DNA of 19,664 nucleotides, from NCBI GenBank assembly GCA_029564175.1, contig JAKQQL010000152.1:1-19664 (forward strand), read 5' to 3'. The notes below the pieces were generated by a model. The model saw only the letters and a list, made by a program, of their open reading frames with translations, searched no databases and had not been told where the DNA came from. The position numbers were made by a program, and so were the translations under genes. Each line of letters opens with the position of its first letter. The first letter of the stretch is position 1. This document shows, one piece after another, positions 17,380 through 19,664 of this stretch. This stretch comes from Candidatus Cloacimonadota bacterium (GTDB taxonomy: Bacteria; Cloacimonadota; Cloacimonadia; Cloacimonadales; WRIO01).

Positions 17380-18102
17380 TCAACTATTAACAACAATACT
17401 TCCACCAAGAAAATCGTGAAAGGTTCTTAAACGCTTATTAAATACTAAAGTCAAATATTCAATAATCATTATTACAGAAAAAAAGCTATTTAACCAGATA
17501 GGAATATAATCGCTATTTTTTATTAATGAAATTTTACCGACTTTATCAAGGGTATTAAATAATGCTGGATCCAATGATAATAATGTTAATGTTGAGCTTA
17601 ATAATGGAATTAATGATAATATAAATTGAAATAAAATACGATAAAATGAATTTGTATATGTCATTGGTTTGTCATTGATCTGAATTATTTTAATACGCAT
17701 TATCATTTTCCCCGGGGTTCTTCCGAATTTACCAACAAATAGAATATTATAGATTGCCCAAACAAGAAAAAGAAAAATAGGAAATACTATGCTGAGCATA
17801 TAATTTAAATGCTGAATGAAATATGAGGCAATAATAATTGGCAACATTATTAGGCAATCAAGTATAAATGCTAATATTCTTTTAATAAAAGAAGCGATAA
17901 TTATATTATTATATTGTTCAGTGTAATAACTTGAATATTTGCGAAATGCGTAAATTGCTATTAGAAAAAATGATAACGGATAAATAGAGGAATATATGAT
18001 AAATGAATTATCAAGTTTGAGAATAAACGGAAATATTATAATAAATATAATCAATGCAATTATATTTACTATACCCAAGAACATATAGAATGATTTACTC
18101 AT
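17380..18102 (-). CDS. RDD-family membrane protein with N-terminal extension
   Basis: ASFIKRILAFILD, GRTPGKMIMRIKI, RTFHDFLGGSIVV. Confidence 0.92.
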   Translation of the reverse strand: MSKSFYMFLGIVNIIALIIFIIIFPFILKLDNSFIIYSSIYPLSFFLIAIYAFRKYSSYYTEQYNNIIIASFIKRILAFILDCLIMLPIIIASYFIQHLNYMLSIVFPIFLFLVWAIYNILFVGKFGRTPGKMIMRIKIIQINDKPMTYTNSFYRILFQFILSLIPLLSSTLTLLSLDPALFNTLDKVGKISLIKNSDYIPIWLNSFFSVIMIIEYLTLVFNKRLRTFHDFLGGSIVVNS

Positions 18103-18152
18103 GGATATCTACCTTTAAATTTTAGTTTATAATAAATCAATAAAATATACTA

Positions 18153-18500
18153 TCACAATACAGTTTTGCCATTAAACGAAATTATTTTTTTAAATAAAAT
18201 ATCTTCAACATCTCTACGGCCGTCAAGAATAGTCAATATAACAACAGTTTTATCCTGAATTCTGTACATAATTCTCCATGGAGCTTCAATTACTTCCCGG
18301 TACAGATTAATTTCAAATTGTTTAAATTCCAGAATAATACGGCCTTTATGCGGCATTGTTGATAAAGAATCAGTTTTCCTTTTTATATTTTGATATATTT
18401 TCTTTGCGTTGCTTTGACTGTCCTCTGCAATATATTCGACTATTTCAAATAATTCTTTTTTGGCAGAGTCGATCCAAATTACGTTAAATTGATCCTTCAT
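18153..18500 (-). CDS. Type II toxin, RelE/ParE family
   Basis: VIWIDSAKKELFEIVEYIAEDS...LSTMPHKGRI...YREVIEAPWRIMYRI...ILDGRRD. ATGA overlap with the antitoxin. Confidence 0.93.
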   Translation of the reverse strand: MKDQFNVIWIDSAKKELFEIVEYIAEDSQSNAKKIYQNIKRKTDSLSTMPHKGRIILEFKQFEINLYREVIEAPWRIMYRIQDKTVVILTILDGRRDVEDILFKKIISFNGKTVL

Positions 18501-18775
18501 TTAATCCATTTGTGTTTCTTTTCTATTTCCGCAAAGACATCTTTTTGTTTTGAGAATTTTCCGTTTTTAAGTTCTTCTTCACCAATAGCCAACAGTTTAA
18601 GCATTGTTAAAGCCTTTTTCATATTTTCAAAGCTATCCGGATCAAGAATTACGGCTTTTGCAATTCCATTTTGTGTAACATACAAAGGTCTTTTTGTAGA
18701 ATTTACTGTTGAGAGGACTTCTGTCGTATTCGCCTTAACATAAGATATTGGTTTAATGTCCTGAGTGCTGTTCAT
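18497..18775 (-). CDS. Type II antitoxin, Phd/YefM family
   Basis: DIKPISYVKANTTEVL...RPLYVTQNGIAKAVILD. GAGG RBS. Confidence 0.93.
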   Translation of the reverse strand: MNSTQDIKPISYVKANTTEVLSTVNSTKRPLYVTQNGIAKAVILDPDSFENMKKALTMLKLLAIGEEELKNGKFSKQKDVFAEIEKKHKWIK

Positions 18776-18786
18776 AACAACCTCTA

Positions 18787-18823
18787 TATGAGACTAAATT
18801 ATGTACTTTATATGGATTTGTCA
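18787..18823 (-). promoter_or_regulatory. Promoter/operator of the phd-relE pair
   Basis: Minus strand TTGACA-17 nt-TAATTT overlapped by an imperfect palindrome (plus strand GAGACTAAATTATGTAC). Confidence 0.45.
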
Positions 18824-18839
18824 AATTCAAATTTGATCA

Positions 18840-18916
18840 AACAATCGCGAAAAGGCTATGAGCACGGAGCTTCAACTCAATTATTCAAAGGTGCCGCACT
18901 CAACCCTAAATTATCT
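18840..18916 (-). mobile_element. Degenerate attC-like site overlapping the end of the PIN gene
   Basis: Minus strand AGATAAT-TTAG-GGTTGAGTGCGG ... CCGTGCTCATAGCC ... ATTGTTT: a GC-rich imperfect stem in AT-rich DNA. Confidence 0.4.
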
Positions 18917-19320
18917 AATGAATTCAAAAACTCTTTTGGACTCATTATTGATATAATATTCTTTGGATAATCCTTCGTATTTCTTGTAACAATAATATCT
19001 ATCAATTCATTTTTTGCTGCAAAGAATTGAATCGAATCTTCAAAATCTTTTATATTTGAATTCAATGCTGAATCTATTATTCGGTCATCAATTGGAATAA
19101 TATTGATAATTGACCGGAAATCCTTTATTTTTTGTCTTGCAACTTTGCTGCCCAGGTGTTTTGATAAAATATAATATAGATTCCATATTATAAGTGAAGA
19201 AACAAAACCATTAACTTTCTTCGATTCTATCAGAGATATAATTCTCAATGCATTTTCAAAGAATTCTTCTCTTTGATATAGAAAATCAATTAATACATCC
19301 GTATCTATTAATATTTTCAC
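18877..19320 (-). CDS. PIN-domain (VapC-like) toxin
   Basis: KILIDTDVLID, KDFEDSIQ, IIVTRNTKDY. GTG start overlaps the antitoxin stop. Confidence 0.95.
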   Translation of the reverse strand: MKILIDTDVLIDFLYQREEFFENALRIISLIESKKVNGFVSSLIIWNLYYILSKHLGSKVARQKIKDFRSIINIIPIDDRIIDSALNSNIKDFEDSIQFFAAKNELIDIIVTRNTKDYPKNIISIMSPKEFLNSLDNLGLSAAPLNN

Positions 19321-19571
19321 TTATGCTTCTTTTCCAGATATTCAGTTATTGATGTTCTGAAGTCAAAATCATCCTTTCCTTTTAAAATTCCGGCAAGAGA
19401 TTTTGCTACGGGAGGTATATTATCCACCGGCGACTTGGATACTTCATCAGTTGATACGGATTTAAGATAATCTTCAACAATTTGAGAAAGACTTTTTTCT
19501 CTTCGATTCGCATAGAGTTTTGCCTTATGAATTACAGCTTTATCAATTGACAGCGTAAGCTTAGTCTGCAT
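19317..19571 (-). CDS. DUF6364-like RHH antitoxin
   Basis: MQTKLTLSIDKAVIHKAKLYA...SLSQIVEDYL...VAKSLAGIL...YLEKKHK. GAGG RBS. Confidence 0.9.
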   Translation of the reverse strand: MQTKLTLSIDKAVIHKAKLYANRREKSLSQIVEDYLKSVSTDEVSKSPVDNIPPVAKSLAGILKGKDDFDFRTSITEYLEKKHK

Positions 19572-19581
19572 AACACACCTC

Positions 19582-19619
19582 TATACGTATAATATATTCA
19601 GCTACATTACGTATGTCAA
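19582..19619 (-). promoter_or_regulatory. Sigma70 promoter with two TACGTA operator palindromes
   Basis: Minus strand TTGACA (19619-19614)-17 nt-TATATT (19596-19591). TACGTA at 19608-19613 and TATACGTATA at 19582-19591. Confidence 0.7.
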
Positions 19620-19664
19620 GCTATTGTTGATATATTTTGAGAAGCGGAAATAACGGATTGAAGA

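Noticed and set aside
364..18970. Short antisense or overlapping ORFs in the track (e.g. 364..612, 1500..2027, 3886..4074, 4257..4723, 8233..8533, 11033..11314, 13111..13489, 18489..18970)
   Set aside because: They are shadows of well-supported genes with no motifs of their own.
1..19664. CRISPR array, tRNA/rRNA, transposase or integrase
   Set aside because: No regularly spaced identical repeats, RNA-gene signatures, or DDE/tyrosine-recombinase motifs were seen.
19645..19664. Possible R' end (minus-strand GTTATTT) of a further attC
   Set aside because: Truncated by the window edge, so the partner arm cannot be seen. Noted only as a hint.

Overview
Bacterial genomic window, possibly from a spirochaete-like organism (judged only from the Leptospira-type secreted SH3 proteins; not certain). 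About 1-5300 is core-like: partial argJ, a HEAT-repeat protein, an operon of LMW protein-tyrosine phosphatase and fructosamine kinase, an unannotated 47-aa CxxC/CCG miniprotein, and a UvrD/Rep helicase lacking its 2B domain. From about 5400 to the end every recognisable gene is on the minus strand and the DNA becomes visibly more AT-rich. First comes a receiver-less LytTR regulator plus a 4-TM membrane partner, with 21-bp-phased LytTR boxes in front of a TolB-like gene and a frameshifted acyltransferase gene. Then (about 8900-19664) comes a string of unrelated accessory genes: two SH3 proteins, an atypical QueD/PTPS, a metallophosphoesterase, a lipoprotein, an RDD protein, two intact toxin-antitoxin pairs and three decayed TA remnants. 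Several of these are separated by degenerate attC-like imperfect palindromes, which suggests an eroding integron cassette array. No integrase, RNA gene or CRISPR array is visible.
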